Shown piece after piece: positions 18,289-28,194 of a stretch of DNA of 37,858 bases. Below the pieces are notes generated by a model. That model saw only the letters and a list, made by a program, of their open reading frames with translations. It had not been told where the DNA came from and made no database searches. Every line of letters starts with the position of its first letter. Position 1 is the first letter of the stretch. Position numbers and translations under genes: made by a program. Origin of the DNA: Halorarum halobium (GTDB lineage Archaea > Halobacteriota > Halobacteria > Halobacteriales > Haloferacaceae); contig NZ_CP134949.1 of assembly GCF_032116555.1 (NCBI RefSeq), positions 3,286,001 through 3,323,858 of the forward strand, given 5' to 3'.

Positions 18289-20358
18289 TCAGAACTTCTC
18301 CAGCAGCCCCTCGTAAAAGCCCGCCGCCCCGCCCTCCCCCGACTCCTCCGAGAGCTTCTCGACGATCAACTCGGGCGTCGAGCGCGCCAGGTGGTCCTTC
18401 CGCGGCGACCGGTTCACCACCAGTTCGCCGTCCTCCAGCCCCACCGCCTCGATGCCGTCCACGGCGACGTCGAAGTCGGCCGCCGCGCGGATCTCGCGGG
18501 CCAGGTGGGAGACGAACACCGCCGTCGTGCCCTGGCCGGAGAGCGCCTCGAGGATGCCCGCGATGATCTTCGCGGACGCCCCCGGTTCGGTGATCGACTC
18601 CAGTTCGTCGACGAGCACCAGCCGTCCGGTCGCGCCCTCGACGAGGTCGCCGAAGTCGCGCAGGGTCGACTCGAACGCGCCGGCGTCGAGGGTGCCCTGC
18701 GACTTCGCGTAGTAGTGCAGTTCCGAGAAGCGCTGCAGGCGTAGCGACTCGGCGGGGACTGGCAGGCCCATGTGCGCGAGCGTGACGACGAGCGCGGCCA
18801 GGTCCAGCGTGGACGTCTTCCCGCCGGAGTTCACGCCCGAGAGGAGCGTCACGCCGGACACGTCGTAGTCGACCGGGTCGACGTCGCCGAACTCGACGTC
18901 GAGCAGCGGCGAGCGGCCGGCCTCGATGGCGAACCCGGCGTCCTCGTTCGATTCCGGGGCGGCGTCGCCGCCAGCCCCGGCGTTCGCTCCCGCGCCCGCG
19001 CCGACTCCCCCACCCGCGGCCGGGCCGCCGACGAACTCCGGCATCGTACAGTCGAAGTCGCGGGCGAACCGCGAGACGGCGAGTTCCACGTCCAGTTCCA
19101 GCGCGTCGCCGACGAGCGCCTCGACGTCCTCGCGCAGTTCGGCCAGATCCGCGGCGAGGTCGGCCTTCAGTTCGGAGGCGCGCCGGTCCCGCGCGGCCTT
19201 CAGTTCGGTCCGCAGTCGGGCCAGCGGCTCCTCGTTGTGCTCGACCGGGAACGTCGGGTCGCCGGCGAAGACCCGCTCCGCGAACTCGACTTCCCCCGAT
19301 TCGAGGCCGAGCGCGTCCACGAAGTGTTCGCGGGCCTTCCGGAGCGCCTCGTCGTACTCGTCGGAGAGTTCCCGGGAGAGCAGTTGGTCGACCCGCGCGC
19401 CCTGCTCGACCAGCGAGAGGAAGTCCTGGCCCTGGATGGTGACGTCCTGCTCGCGGATGGCGTCCCGCAGGTGGTCGTTCGCCACCGAGGCCGCGGTGCT
19501 GGCGGCGGCGTCGAGGTCGTCCACCGCGTTCGAGAGCCGCCGGAGTTCGTCGTCGCCGAGCACGGTGCCGTCCTCGTCCAGCCGCGAGAGCACGTCGCGC
19601 AGGTCCGCGAGGTCCGCGGCGGGGTCCATGCCGGCGGCCTCGTGGACCGCCGCCGCGGCCTCCAGCCGGTCGCGGTTCTCCGCGAAGAAGGACAGCAGGC
19701 GCTCGGGCGCGACCGTCTCGACGTTCTCCTCGGGGTCGGTGACCACGCGAACGTCGCCGTCCACGTCGATGCCGGCGAACTGCTCGTCGAGCGCGATCAC
19801 GGTCGAGTACGAGCGCGCGAGTTCCGCGAGGTCGCGAGCGTCCTCGACCACCTCGACGGAGAGTTCGGGGAACGCGGCCTCGGCCGCGGCGAACCGCTCG
19901 GCGTCGGCGGTGGCGAGCGCCCGCTCGCGGACCCGCAGGCCGCGCGGCTCGGAGAGGGGTTCGACGCCCGCGAGGGCGTCGAGCACCGCCTCGTCCGGCT
20001 CCCGCTCGACGGCCTCGGCCGCCCACTCGCGGACCTCCTCGATGCGGGACCCCGCGGGACTGGGGTACAGCGTCCGGAGTCGCTTGCGGGCGTAGTCGGT
20101 GACGGCGCGGTCCTGGAGGAGCGCGAGCGCGTCGGCGTACACCTCGTCCGCGCGGTCGGTCGCGGCCCACCCGCCGGGGTCGTCGTGCCGGCGGCGGATG
20201 GCACCCTGCGCGACGGCGGCCGCGCGGCCCTCGGTGAGGCCGGGCGCGCGGGCGAGCGTCGCCACGTCGCCCTCGCGGAGGGCGGCCGCCGGGTCGTCGA
20301 GGTCCGAGAGCGCCTCGGCGGTCTTCTCCCCGACGCCCGGGATCGACGTGAACTCCAT
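18289..20358 (-). CDS. mutS5: MutS5/MutS2-like ATPase with N-terminal helix-hairpin-helix
   Basis: IPGVGEKTA HhH, Walker A SGVNSGGKTS and LVDELESITEPGA; no mismatch-binding domain I. Confidence 0.85.
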   Translation of the reverse strand: MEFTSIPGVGEKTAEALSDLDDPAAALREGDVATLARAPGLTEGRAAAVAQGAIRRRHDDPGGWAATDRADEVYADALALLQDRAVTDYARKRLRTLYPSPAGSRIEEVREWAAEAVEREPDEAVLDALAGVEPLSEPRGLRVRERALATADAERFAAAEAAFPELSVEVVEDARDLAELARSYSTVIALDEQFAGIDVDGDVRVVTDPEENVETVAPERLLSFFAENRDRLEAAAAVHEAAGMDPAADLADLRDVLSRLDEDGTVLGDDELRRLSNAVDDLDAAASTAASVANDHLRDAIREQDVTIQGQDFLSLVEQGARVDQLLSRELSDEYDEALRKAREHFVDALGLESGEVEFAERVFAGDPTFPVEHNEEPLARLRTELKAARDRRASELKADLAADLAELREDVEALVGDALELDVELAVSRFARDFDCTMPEFVGGPAAGGGVGAGAGANAGAGGDAAPESNEDAGFAIEAGRSPLLDVEFGDVDPVDYDVSGVTLLSGVNSGGKTSTLDLAALVVTLAHMGLPVPAESLRLQRFSELHYYAKSQGTLDAGAFESTLRDFGDLVEGATGRLVLVDELESITEPGASAKIIAGILEALSGQGTTAVFVSHLAREIRAAADFDVAVDGIEAVGLEDGELVVNRSPRKDHLARSTPELIVEKLSEESGEGGAAGFYEGLLEKF

Positions 20359-20536
20359 TCGCTCCGGGAGTTATCGGGGCTCGTGAAAAGCGTTCCCGAG
20401 CGTGTGGGTCGGTGACGCTTGCGTAGCGATGGCGTTTCGATGTGGTGATTCGGTGGGTACCTGTGAGGAGATGTCCGGCGCTGACGGCCTCGTGCCGGCC
20501 GTGTGGAAGCAGACCACTGCTGCGCTCCGGTGAGAC

Positions 20537-20608
20537 GCCACCGGCCTCCCCGGCCGATCGCGATGCTCGCTCGCTGGCGCTCGCGGTCGTCTCCGAGCGA
20601 TTCGCGGT
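20537..20608. repeat. Partial copy of the dispersed intergenic repeat family (inner module)
   Basis: CCACCGGCCTCCCCGGCCGATCGCGATGCTCGCTCGCTGGCGCTCGC resembles CCACACGCCTCCCCAACCGATTCGCTCGGTCGGCTCGCTTCGCTCGC at about 31989-32035. Confidence 0.45.
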
Positions 20609-20731
20609 CCGAACGGTCGAACCAACCACGTCCACCGTACCGTCCACACCGACCGCCGAACCACCCGACCCAACCACGAAACCGCGGAGCGGGGCGAAAC
20701 GCTTTCGCCCCTCCACCGCCCCACCACGCCC

Positions 20732-23497
20732 ATGGTAACGGGCGCGCCGGCGAAGATGCTCGATCGCCGGGACGAACTCACGCCCATGCTCGCCCAGTAC
20801 GTCGACCTCGCCGAGGAGTACGACGACGCCGTCCTCCTGTTCCGCGTCGGCGACTTCTACAAGGCGTTCTGTGAAACCGCCGACGAGGTCGCCCGGGTCT
20901 GTGAACTCACGCGCATCGAGCGCGAGGACTCGACGGGCACCTACACCGCCTGTGGCATCCCCGTCGACAACGCCGCCAAGTACCTCGACCGCCTGCTCGA
21001 GGCCGAGTTCCGCCTCGCGGTCGCCGACCAGGTCGAGGACCCCGAGGAGACGAACGGCCTCGTCGACCGCGCGGTCACGCAGGTCATCACCCCCGGCACG
21101 GTGGTCGACGACGAACTGCTCGCGGCCGGGTCGAACACGTACGTGGCCTGTGTGACCCGAGGCGGCACCGGTAACGCCGCCGAGGTGGGTGCCCGAGGCG
21201 GCTACCAGGACGCCGGCGAGGTGCGTGGCGACGCGGAGCCCCACCCCGAACCCGAGTACGGCCTCGCCCACGTCGACGTCTCGACGGGCGAATGTGCCGC
21301 GACCGCCGGCAGCCTCGCCGAGGTCCGCGAGGAACTGGCACGGATCGCCCCCGCGGAACTCCTGACCGGACCCAGCGTCGGGGCGGCCGACGAGGTGGAT
21401 GCGGCCGAAGGCGTGGACACCGACGACGAGGTGGACGCCACTGCCCTCGCCGACGGCGCGATGGTCACCGACTACGACCCGGCCGTCTTCGAGCCCGACG
21501 CCGCCAGCGACCGACTCGACGCCTACGCCGACCCGGGACGGTTCGACCCCGCGGCTGCGACCGCCGCGGGCGCGCTGCTCGCCTACGCCGAGTGGGCGCA
21601 GGGCGACGACGGCCCGCTCGGGCACGTCAACCGCGTCCGGCGGTACGACCCCCGGCGGAGCCTCCGGATCGACGCGACCGCGCTCCGCGGCCTGGAGCTG
21701 TTCGAGACGCACGCCGGCGGCGGCGCGACGCTGTTCGACACGCTCGACGAGACGCGCTCCGCGCTCGGCCGCCGCCGCCTCCGGGCGTGGCTCCGTCGAC
21801 CTCTCCTCGACCGCGAGCGGGTCGAAGCCCGCCACGACGCGGTCGCGGCGTTCGCCGACCACACGCTCGTCCGCGAGGAAGTCCGGGACCTGCTCGGGGA
21901 GGCGTACGACCTCGAACGGCTCGTCGGTCGCGTGACCCGTGGCCGGGCCGACGCGCGGGACCTGCGGTCGCTCCACGCGACGCTCGAGGCGGTGCCCGAG
22001 ATCAGGGACGCGCTCGCGGAGGCACCCGAACTCGACTCCCTCCGCGACTCGCTCGACCCGCTCGCGGACCTGCGTGAGCGCATCGACGACGCGGTCGTCG
22101 AGGACCCGCCGACCGACGTCACCGACGGCGGGCTCATCCGCGACGGCTTCGACGCCGACCTCGACGACGTTCGGGGGACCGCGCGCGAGGGGCGCGAGTG
22201 GGTGGCGAACCTCGAGTCCTCCGAGCGCGAGCGGACCGGCATCGACAACCTGGAAGTGGGCTACAACCGCGTCCACGGCTACTACATCGAGGTGACGAAC
22301 GGGCGGCTCGACGCCGTGCCCGACGACTACACCCGCCGGCAGACGCTCAAGAACTCCGAGCGGTTCTACACGCCCGAACTGAAGCGCCGCGAGGACGAGA
22401 TTCTCGGCGCCGAGGAGCGCGCGGACCGGCTGGAGTACGAACTGTTCACCGACGTCCGGGCCGAGGTCGCCGCCGAGGCCGAGCGGATCCAGGGGCTCGC
22501 GGACGCCATCGCCCGCGTCGACGCGCTGTCCGCGCTCGCGACCGCCGCGGTCGAGCGGAACTACGCCCGGCCCGAACTCGGCGCGGACGGCGTCTTCGTC
22601 GAGGGGGGCCGCCACCCGGTCGTCGAGCGCACCGAACCCGAGTTCGTCCCGAACGACGCCGACCTGCCGACGGGAACGGTCGCGCTCGTCACCGGCCCGA
22701 ACATGAGCGGGAAGTCGACGTACATGCGCCAGGTCGCGCTCTGCGTCGTGCTCGCGCAGGCCGGGTCGTTCGTCCCCGCCCAGTCGGCCCGCCTGCCCGT
22801 CGTCGACCGCGTGTTCACCCGCGTCGGGGCGAGCGACGACATCGCGGGCGGCGAGTCGACGTTCATGCGCGAGATGCGCGAACTGACCGACATCCTCCAC
22901 GACGCGACCGGCGACTCGCTGGTCGTCCTCGACGAGGTGGGTCGCGGCACCGCCACCACCGACGGCCGGGCCATCGCCCGCGCCGCCGTCGAGTTCCTCC
23001 ACGACGAACTCGAGGCGACCGCGCTGTTTGCGACCCACTACCACGACCTCACCGAACTCGCCGGCGAGCGCGAGCGCGTCCGGAACCTCCACTTCGCGGC
23101 GACCCGCGAGGGCGGCGACGTGACGTTCCTCCACCGCGCGAAACCCGGGGCGGCGGCCGCCTCCTACGGCGTCGAGGTCGCGGAACTGGCCGGCGTCCCC
23201 GACGCGGTGGTGGATCGGGCGCGGGCGCTCGTCGACGGCGAGGATGGCGGAGTCGGCGCGGACGCCACGGGTGCCGACGGGACGGGTGCGGACGCGGCCG
23301 GGGACGCCGGCGGCGACCCGGCCCAGCGCACCCTCGACGAACTGGGTCCCGGGACCGACCGGCCACGGGAGGAACTCACCGACGCCGAGCGCGAGACGCT
23401 CGCGGCGTTGCGAGCCACGGACGTTGCGGACACGACCCCCATCGAGGCGCTGAACCGGCTGAACGACCTGCAGCGGCTGCTCGAGGCCGATGACTGA
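20732..23497 (+). CDS. mutS: DNA mismatch repair protein MutS (MutS1 type)
   Basis: TPMLAQY, GDFY, TPGT, RRQTLKNSERF, Walker A GPNMSGKSTY, GESTFM, DEVGRGT, ATHYH and SYGVEVA motifs. Confidence 0.97.
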   Translation: MVTGAPAKMLDRRDELTPMLAQYVDLAEEYDDAVLLFRVGDFYKAFCETADEVARVCELTRIEREDSTGTYTACGIPVDNAAKYLDRLLEAEFRLAVADQVEDPEETNGLVDRAVTQVITPGTVVDDELLAAGSNTYVACVTRGGTGNAAEVGARGGYQDAGEVRGDAEPHPEPEYGLAHVDVSTGECAATAGSLAEVREELARIAPAELLTGPSVGAADEVDAAEGVDTDDEVDATALADGAMVTDYDPAVFEPDAASDRLDAYADPGRFDPAAATAAGALLAYAEWAQGDDGPLGHVNRVRRYDPRRSLRIDATALRGLELFETHAGGGATLFDTLDETRSALGRRRLRAWLRRPLLDRERVEARHDAVAAFADHTLVREEVRDLLGEAYDLERLVGRVTRGRADARDLRSLHATLEAVPEIRDALAEAPELDSLRDSLDPLADLRERIDDAVVEDPPTDVTDGGLIRDGFDADLDDVRGTAREGREWVANLESSERERTGIDNLEVGYNRVHGYYIEVTNGRLDAVPDDYTRRQTLKNSERFYTPELKRREDEILGAEERADRLEYELFTDVRAEVAAEAERIQGLADAIARVDALSALATAAVERNYARPELGADGVFVEGGRHPVVERTEPEFVPNDADLPTGTVALVTGPNMSGKSTYMRQVALCVVLAQAGSFVPAQSARLPVVDRVFTRVGASDDIAGGESTFMREMRELTDILHDATGDSLVVLDEVGRGTATTDGRAIARAAVEFLHDELEATALFATHYHDLTELAGERERVRNLHFAATREGGDVTFLHRAKPGAAAASYGVEVAELAGVPDAVVDRARALVDGEDGGVGADATGADGTGADAAGDAGGDPAQRTLDELGPGTDRPREELTDAERETLAALRATDVADTTPIEALNRLNDLQRLLEADD

Positions 23498-25205
23498 CTC
23501 CGCGAGCACCGGTACCGATTCCGTCCGGGAACTCGACGGCGACACGGTCGAGCGCATCGCCGCCGGCGAGGTGATCACCCGACCCGCCCGCGTCGTCGCC
23601 GAACTCGTCGAGAACGCGCTCGACGCCGGGGCCGAGCGGATCGACGTCGCGGTCGACGGCGACGGCACCGAGCGAATCCGCGTCGCCGACGACGGCCACG
23701 GAATGGGCCGGGCCGACGCCGCGCTCGCGGTCGAACCGCACACGACGAGCAAGATTCGTGACGCGAGCGACCTCGCGGTCGCCGACAGCCTCGGCTTCCG
23801 CGGCGAGGCGCTCGCCAGCGTCGCCGACGCGGGGACGCTCGAACTGACGACGAACGCGGACGGGAGCGGCGGGGAGGGGGACGCGAGCGACGGCACGGGG
23901 CGGACCGGCGAGGGCGACGTCGGCACCCGCGTCCGCGTCGCCGACGGCGAGACGACGGTCGCGGACGCGGGCCGGGCGCGGGGGACGACCGTCGAGGTGA
24001 CGGACCTGTTCGCCGACCGGCCCGCCCGCCGGGAGTCGCTCGCCTCGCCGGCCAGGGAGTTCGGGTGCGTCTCGGAACTGGTCGCGGACTACGCGCTGGC
24101 TCGGCCCGAGGTGGCGTTCTCGCTCTCCCACGACGGCCGCGAGACGCTCCGGACGCCGGGCACCGGCACGACCGACGCGCTCGTCGCGGTGTACGACCGC
24201 GAGGCCGCCGGGCACGCGACGGCGTTCGACCACCGGGCCGAACTCGGTTCCCGGATCGAACTCCGCGCGGAGGGCGCGCTCGTCGCGCCGGCCGTCACGC
24301 GCTCGACCCGCGAGCACGTCCACCTCGCGGTGAACGGCCGGCCGGTGACGAACGAGGCGCTCCGCCGCGCCGTTGTCGCGGGGTACGGCACGCTGCTCCC
24401 CTCGGGCCGCGAACCGGTCGCGGTCGTCCGCCTCTCGCTCCCCGCCGCGGCCGTCGACGCGAACGTCCACCCGGCGAAGGAGCGCGTCGCGCTCCGCGAG
24501 GGCGACGCCGTCGCCGACGCGGTCGAGACCGGCGTCCGGGACGCGCTCACGACGGCCGACCTCCGACGCTCGGGCGAGGTGGCGATGGACCTCGACTCGT
24601 CGCTCGCGCCCGTCGAGGGCGCGGACTCGGAGTTCGCGGACGCGACGGTCATCGGCCAGTTCCGCGACCTCTACGTGCTGTGTGAGACCGACGACGGCCT
24701 GCTCGTGGTCGACCAGCACGCGGCCCACGAGCGGGTGAACTTCGAGCGCCTGCGGGCCGCGCTGGCCGACGAGGCGGTTCCCTCGGCCGAGGTCGACCCC
24801 GCTGCGACCGTCTCGCTCGACCCGGGTGCGGCCGCCGCGGTCGAGGGGAACGCCGACGCGCTCGCCGAACTGGGCTTCGCGTTCGACCGATTCGGCGGGA
24901 CCACGTACCGCGTGACGGGGGCCCCCGCACCGCTCGGCCGCGTCGCCGACGCGGACGCGCTGGGCGAGACGGCCGCGTCGCTCGACGGCGGGGAGGCGGA
25001 CCCGCGCGAGGCGGCGCTGGCGGACCTGGCGTGTCACCCGTCGCTGAAGGCCGGCGACGCGCTCGACCGGGAGACGGCGAGCAGGCTCGTGGAACGGCTC
25101 GGCGAGTGCGAGCAGCCCCACGCCTGCCCGCACGGCCGGCCGACGACCCTCACCGTCGGGGAGGCGACGCTGGCCGACGGGTTCGAGCGCCACGGGCGGC
25201 GGTAG
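23490..25205 (+). CDS. mutL: DNA mismatch repair endonuclease MutL
   Basis: IAAGEVI, ELVENALDAGA, GFRGEALAS, NVHPAK, endonuclease motif DQHAAHERVNFE and CPHGRP; overlaps the mutS stop. Confidence 0.97.
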   Translation: MTDSASTGTDSVRELDGDTVERIAAGEVITRPARVVAELVENALDAGAERIDVAVDGDGTERIRVADDGHGMGRADAALAVEPHTTSKIRDASDLAVADSLGFRGEALASVADAGTLELTTNADGSGGEGDASDGTGRTGEGDVGTRVRVADGETTVADAGRARGTTVEVTDLFADRPARRESLASPAREFGCVSELVADYALARPEVAFSLSHDGRETLRTPGTGTTDALVAVYDREAAGHATAFDHRAELGSRIELRAEGALVAPAVTRSTREHVHLAVNGRPVTNEALRRAVVAGYGTLLPSGREPVAVVRLSLPAAAVDANVHPAKERVALREGDAVADAVETGVRDALTTADLRRSGEVAMDLDSSLAPVEGADSEFADATVIGQFRDLYVLCETDDGLLVVDQHAAHERVNFERLRAALADEAVPSAEVDPAATVSLDPGAAAAVEGNADALAELGFAFDRFGGTTYRVTGAPAPLGRVADADALGETAASLDGGEADPREAALADLACHPSLKAGDALDRETASRLVERLGECEQPHACPHGRPTTLTVGEATLADGFERHGRR

Positions 25206-25211
25206 CTACCG

Positions 25212-25559
25212 CTACCACTCCTTGCAGTCGGGGCAGACGTACTCGCCGTCCTGCCGCCAGCGCGTGGAGACCTGCCCGCCGCAGCCGGCACACTCGCCCC
25301 CGTCGGGCGACCAGTCGTAGGTCGGCTCGGCGGGGTCGACGTCGTGGGAGTCCCGACCCCGTTCGTCGCCGGCCGGTTCGGTCGGTTCCGGCTCCGGTTC
25401 GGTCGATTCCGAATCCGGTTCGGTACCGGGGGCGGGCTCGTCCCCCGAGGGATTCGGTTCGTCCTCGTCGGCGTCGCCGGACTCGGCCTGCGGGTCGGTC
25501 GCTGTCGACTCGCTCCCCTCGGTCCCGAGAAAGTCGTCGAGCGAGTGGTCCCCCGTCAC
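25212..25559 (-). CDS. Small acidic protein with C-terminal CxxC...CxxC zinc finger (DUF7573-like)
   Basis: SLDDFL N-terminus, acidic linker and TYDWSPDGGECAGCG...RWRQDGEYVCPDCKEW. Start GTG 25559 or ATG 25586. Confidence 0.75.
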   Translation of the reverse strand: MTGDHSLDDFLGTEGSESTATDPQAESGDADEDEPNPSGDEPAPGTEPDSESTEPEPEPTEPAGDERGRDSHDVDPAEPTYDWSPDGGECAGCGGQVSTRWRQDGEYVCPDCKEW

Positions 25560-25685
25560 TGTCGGCAGGTGGGCTCCCGCGGGCATAACTCCGGCGCGAT
25601 CCGTTCGCGTGGAACTCTCGGAAACCCCCGGTCGTCTGCCGTGGCGTGTCGCGTTCGGTTCCGTCTCGGCGTTCGTGGCGGCCGC

Positions 25686-25770
25686 CTCGAAAGCCGACGC
25701 GACGACCGAATCGGCGTACGATCGGACGACGGCGTGGGAGTGGAATCGGAGGGCGGCGTGGGATTTCGAG
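25686..25770. repeat. Short degenerate copy of the repeat family with terminal inverted repeats
   Basis: CTCGAAAGCC...GGATTTCGAG (9/10 inverted match), the same termini as the 31836-32355 element. Confidence 0.5.
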
Positions 25771-25826
25771 CCGGTCGAGACGGGTGAAACTGCCTCGCTG
25801 GACGCCGAGGAGACCGCCACGAGGAC

Positions 25827-26651
25827 CTACAACTCGTACACCTCACCGTCCACCGCTAGCGGCTCCGCGAACGCCTCGTCGGCCGGGTAGAAGTGCGCGA
25901 CGTGGACGATCCGCGTCTCCGCCGCACCCAGATCGGCCGCCAGCGCAAGCGCCCCCTCCCTGGTCATGTGCTTGGTGCCGAACGTCCGCGGGACGCCGTC
26001 GGGCCCCCGGTCCGTGCCCCCGAGCGGGTGATGCTCACAGAGGCTCGCGGGGACGATGCCGTCCGCCAGGAGCAGGTCCGGGTCGGCCAGCACGCGGCGG
26101 GACTCCGCCGGCACGTCGTAGCTCGTATCGCCCGAGAGCGACAGCTTCGCGCCCGTCTCGGGGTCCTCGACCGCCAGCCCGTAACAGACCAGCGGCGGGT
26201 GATCCACCGGGACGAACGTCACGTCCAGTCCGCAGACGCGGGCCGGTTCGAGCGGCGTCACGTCGTGGACCGACACGCGGTCGAGGTAGTCGTACTTCGA
26301 GCGGATCGTGTCCGCGACCGACTCGCCCGTCGCGGGGTCTGTCTCGTCGGCGGCGTACACCGGCAGGTCGTCGAACAGGCGGTAGGCGTTCCCGAGGCCG
26401 TCGAGGTGGTCGAAGTGGACGTGCGTGACGATGCCCGCGTCGGGAAGCGGCGCGTCCGAATCGAGGAACTGCCGGCGGAAGTCGGGCGAGAAGTCGATCA
26501 GGAGCGACTCGCCGGTGCGCCCGTTCTCGACGTGGACCGAGAAGCGCGAGCGCTCCACGCCCCGCTCGCGGGCCGCTCGGCAGGTGTCGCAGTCGCACCC
26601 GACGGTGGGCGTGCCGGTCGTATCGCCCGTGCCGAGCAGGGTGACGCGCAT
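25827..26651 (-). CDS. MBL-fold metallo-hydrolase (PhnP-like)
   Basis: LLGTG...GCDCDTC, THVHFDHLDG (HxHxDH), SGDT and HVAH motifs. Confidence 0.92.
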   Translation of the reverse strand: MRVTLLGTGDTTGTPTVGCDCDTCRAARERGVERSRFSVHVENGRTGESLLIDFSPDFRRQFLDSDAPLPDAGIVTHVHFDHLDGLGNAYRLFDDLPVYAADETDPATGESVADTIRSKYDYLDRVSVHDVTPLEPARVCGLDVTFVPVDHPPLVCYGLAVEDPETGAKLSLSGDTSYDVPAESRRVLADPDLLLADGIVPASLCEHHPLGGTDRGPDGVPRTFGTKHMTREGALALAADLGAAETRIVHVAHFYPADEAFAEPLAVDGEVYEL

Positions 26652-26746
26652 TCGCTACCCGGCCGAAGGCGGGCGGGGGAGTAAGGGGTGTCGGAGTCGG
26701 CGGTCGCGGGGAACCGAACGGTCATCTCGGTTCCGTGTGGGCCCGT

Positions 26747-28168
26747 TCAGTCGTCGTGCGAGTGGTCGTGCCCGTCGTGGTCGTGATCGTGTCCGTCGTG
26801 GGAACGGTCGTGGTCGTCCGACGCCTCGCCGCCGTCGCCGGCGACCTCGGGCACCTCCGCGCCCTCGCCCTCGATCATGTCCATGTTCTTCAGGTTGTCG
26901 CGCTCCTCGAAGTCCTCGACGGCGTCCATGATGTCCGCCTGTGTGATGGACATGCGCTCCTCGGTGAGCGCCTCGAGCACCGCCTCCCGAAGCACCATCC
27001 GGAGGTCCGAGCCGGTCAGGCCCTCGGTCCGCTCCGCGGCCTCCTGGGAGTCGAAGTCCGCGATCTCCATCCGCCGGGTGATGATCTCGAGGATGTCGGC
27101 GCGCATCTGGCGGTCCGGCTTCGGGAAGTTGACGATCTCGTCGAAGCGCCGCCAGGCGGCCGCGTCGAGCTGGTCGGGGTGGTTCGTCGCCGAGATGAGC
27201 AGCACCTCGTCGCGGACCAGCGAGATGTCGTCGATGCTCTTGAGCAGGGTGTTGACCGCGCGCTTGAGCGCCGCGTGCTCGTCGCTCCGACGGGTCTTCG
27301 CCACCGAGTCGAACTCGTCGATGAAGAGGATACACGGCGCGAGTCGCTTCGCCACCTCGAACGTCTTCTCGACGTTCTTCGCCGTCTCGCCGAGGTACTG
27401 GCTCGTCACCATCGAGAGCTTCACCTCGACGAACGGGAGGCCGAGTTCGTGGGCCAGCGCGCGGGCCGCGGTCGTCTTGCCGGTGCCGGGCGGGCCGACG
27501 AACAGCAGCTTCCCGATCTCGCGCAGGCCGATCCGGGCGAGGTACTCGCGGTGCTCGATCGCCTTCATCAGCTTCCGGATCTCGCCCTCCTGGTCGTCGG
27601 TGAGCACGAGGTCCCGCAGGGTCATCTCGATCTCCTCGGGCGCTTTCACCGTGACGAGATCGAGCATGCCGTCGCCGTCCTCGTCCTCGTCGTCGTCGAA
27701 GTACTCGTCGAGCAGCGCGTCGATCCAGACGCGGTCCGCGCGGATCGGGCGGTTCTCGGCGCGCGCCTCCTCGTGGGTGACGTCGAACTCGGCGTCGGCC
27801 TCCTCGGCGACCTTCGCGAGCACCGGGTTCGCCAGGAGTCGGTCGTCGTCGACCCGTTCGAGCAGCCACTCGGTCGCCATGTCGGGCTGGGTAAGCTCGA
27901 GTTCGCCGGAGAACTCGGTTCGCTGGGTGAACAGCAGGTCGGAGATCGCCTCCCAGGGTCGTTCGACCCCGGTCGCTGTCGTCGCGTTCGGTTCGGTCAC
28001 GTGGAGCGGGCGGTCGACCCCGCCGGGGCCGGCCTCGTCCTCGGGGGCGTCGCTCCAGAAGACGCGCCGGTAGCGCGGCGGGAGGTCGTCGGCGTCGAGG
28101 CCGCGGTCCTCCGTGTATCGGCTGGCGGTGACGAGGAGTTCGACCACGTCCACTGCCGGGTCACTCAT
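26747..28168 (-). CDS. AAA+ ATPase with His/Asp-rich C-terminal tail
   Basis: GPPGTGKT, ILFIDEFD, ATNHPDQLDAAAWRRFD and GLTGSDL motifs. Confidence 0.92.
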   Translation of the reverse strand: MSDPAVDVVELLVTASRYTEDRGLDADDLPPRYRRVFWSDAPEDEAGPGGVDRPLHVTEPNATTATGVERPWEAISDLLFTQRTEFSGELELTQPDMATEWLLERVDDDRLLANPVLAKVAEEADAEFDVTHEEARAENRPIRADRVWIDALLDEYFDDDEDEDGDGMLDLVTVKAPEEIEMTLRDLVLTDDQEGEIRKLMKAIEHREYLARIGLREIGKLLFVGPPGTGKTTAARALAHELGLPFVEVKLSMVTSQYLGETAKNVEKTFEVAKRLAPCILFIDEFDSVAKTRRSDEHAALKRAVNTLLKSIDDISLVRDEVLLISATNHPDQLDAAAWRRFDEIVNFPKPDRQMRADILEIITRRMEIADFDSQEAAERTEGLTGSDLRMVLREAVLEALTEERMSITQADIMDAVEDFEERDNLKNMDMIEGEGAEVPEVAGDGGEASDDHDRSHDGHDHDHDGHDHSHDD

Positions 28169-28194
28169 CCCACTCTACTTCCCACTCGGTCCGT

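Noticed and set aside
18017..23926. 1969-aa minus-strand ORF
   Set aside because: Shadow of mutS and mutL plus an alternate frame of mutS5; Arg/Gly-rich with no motifs.
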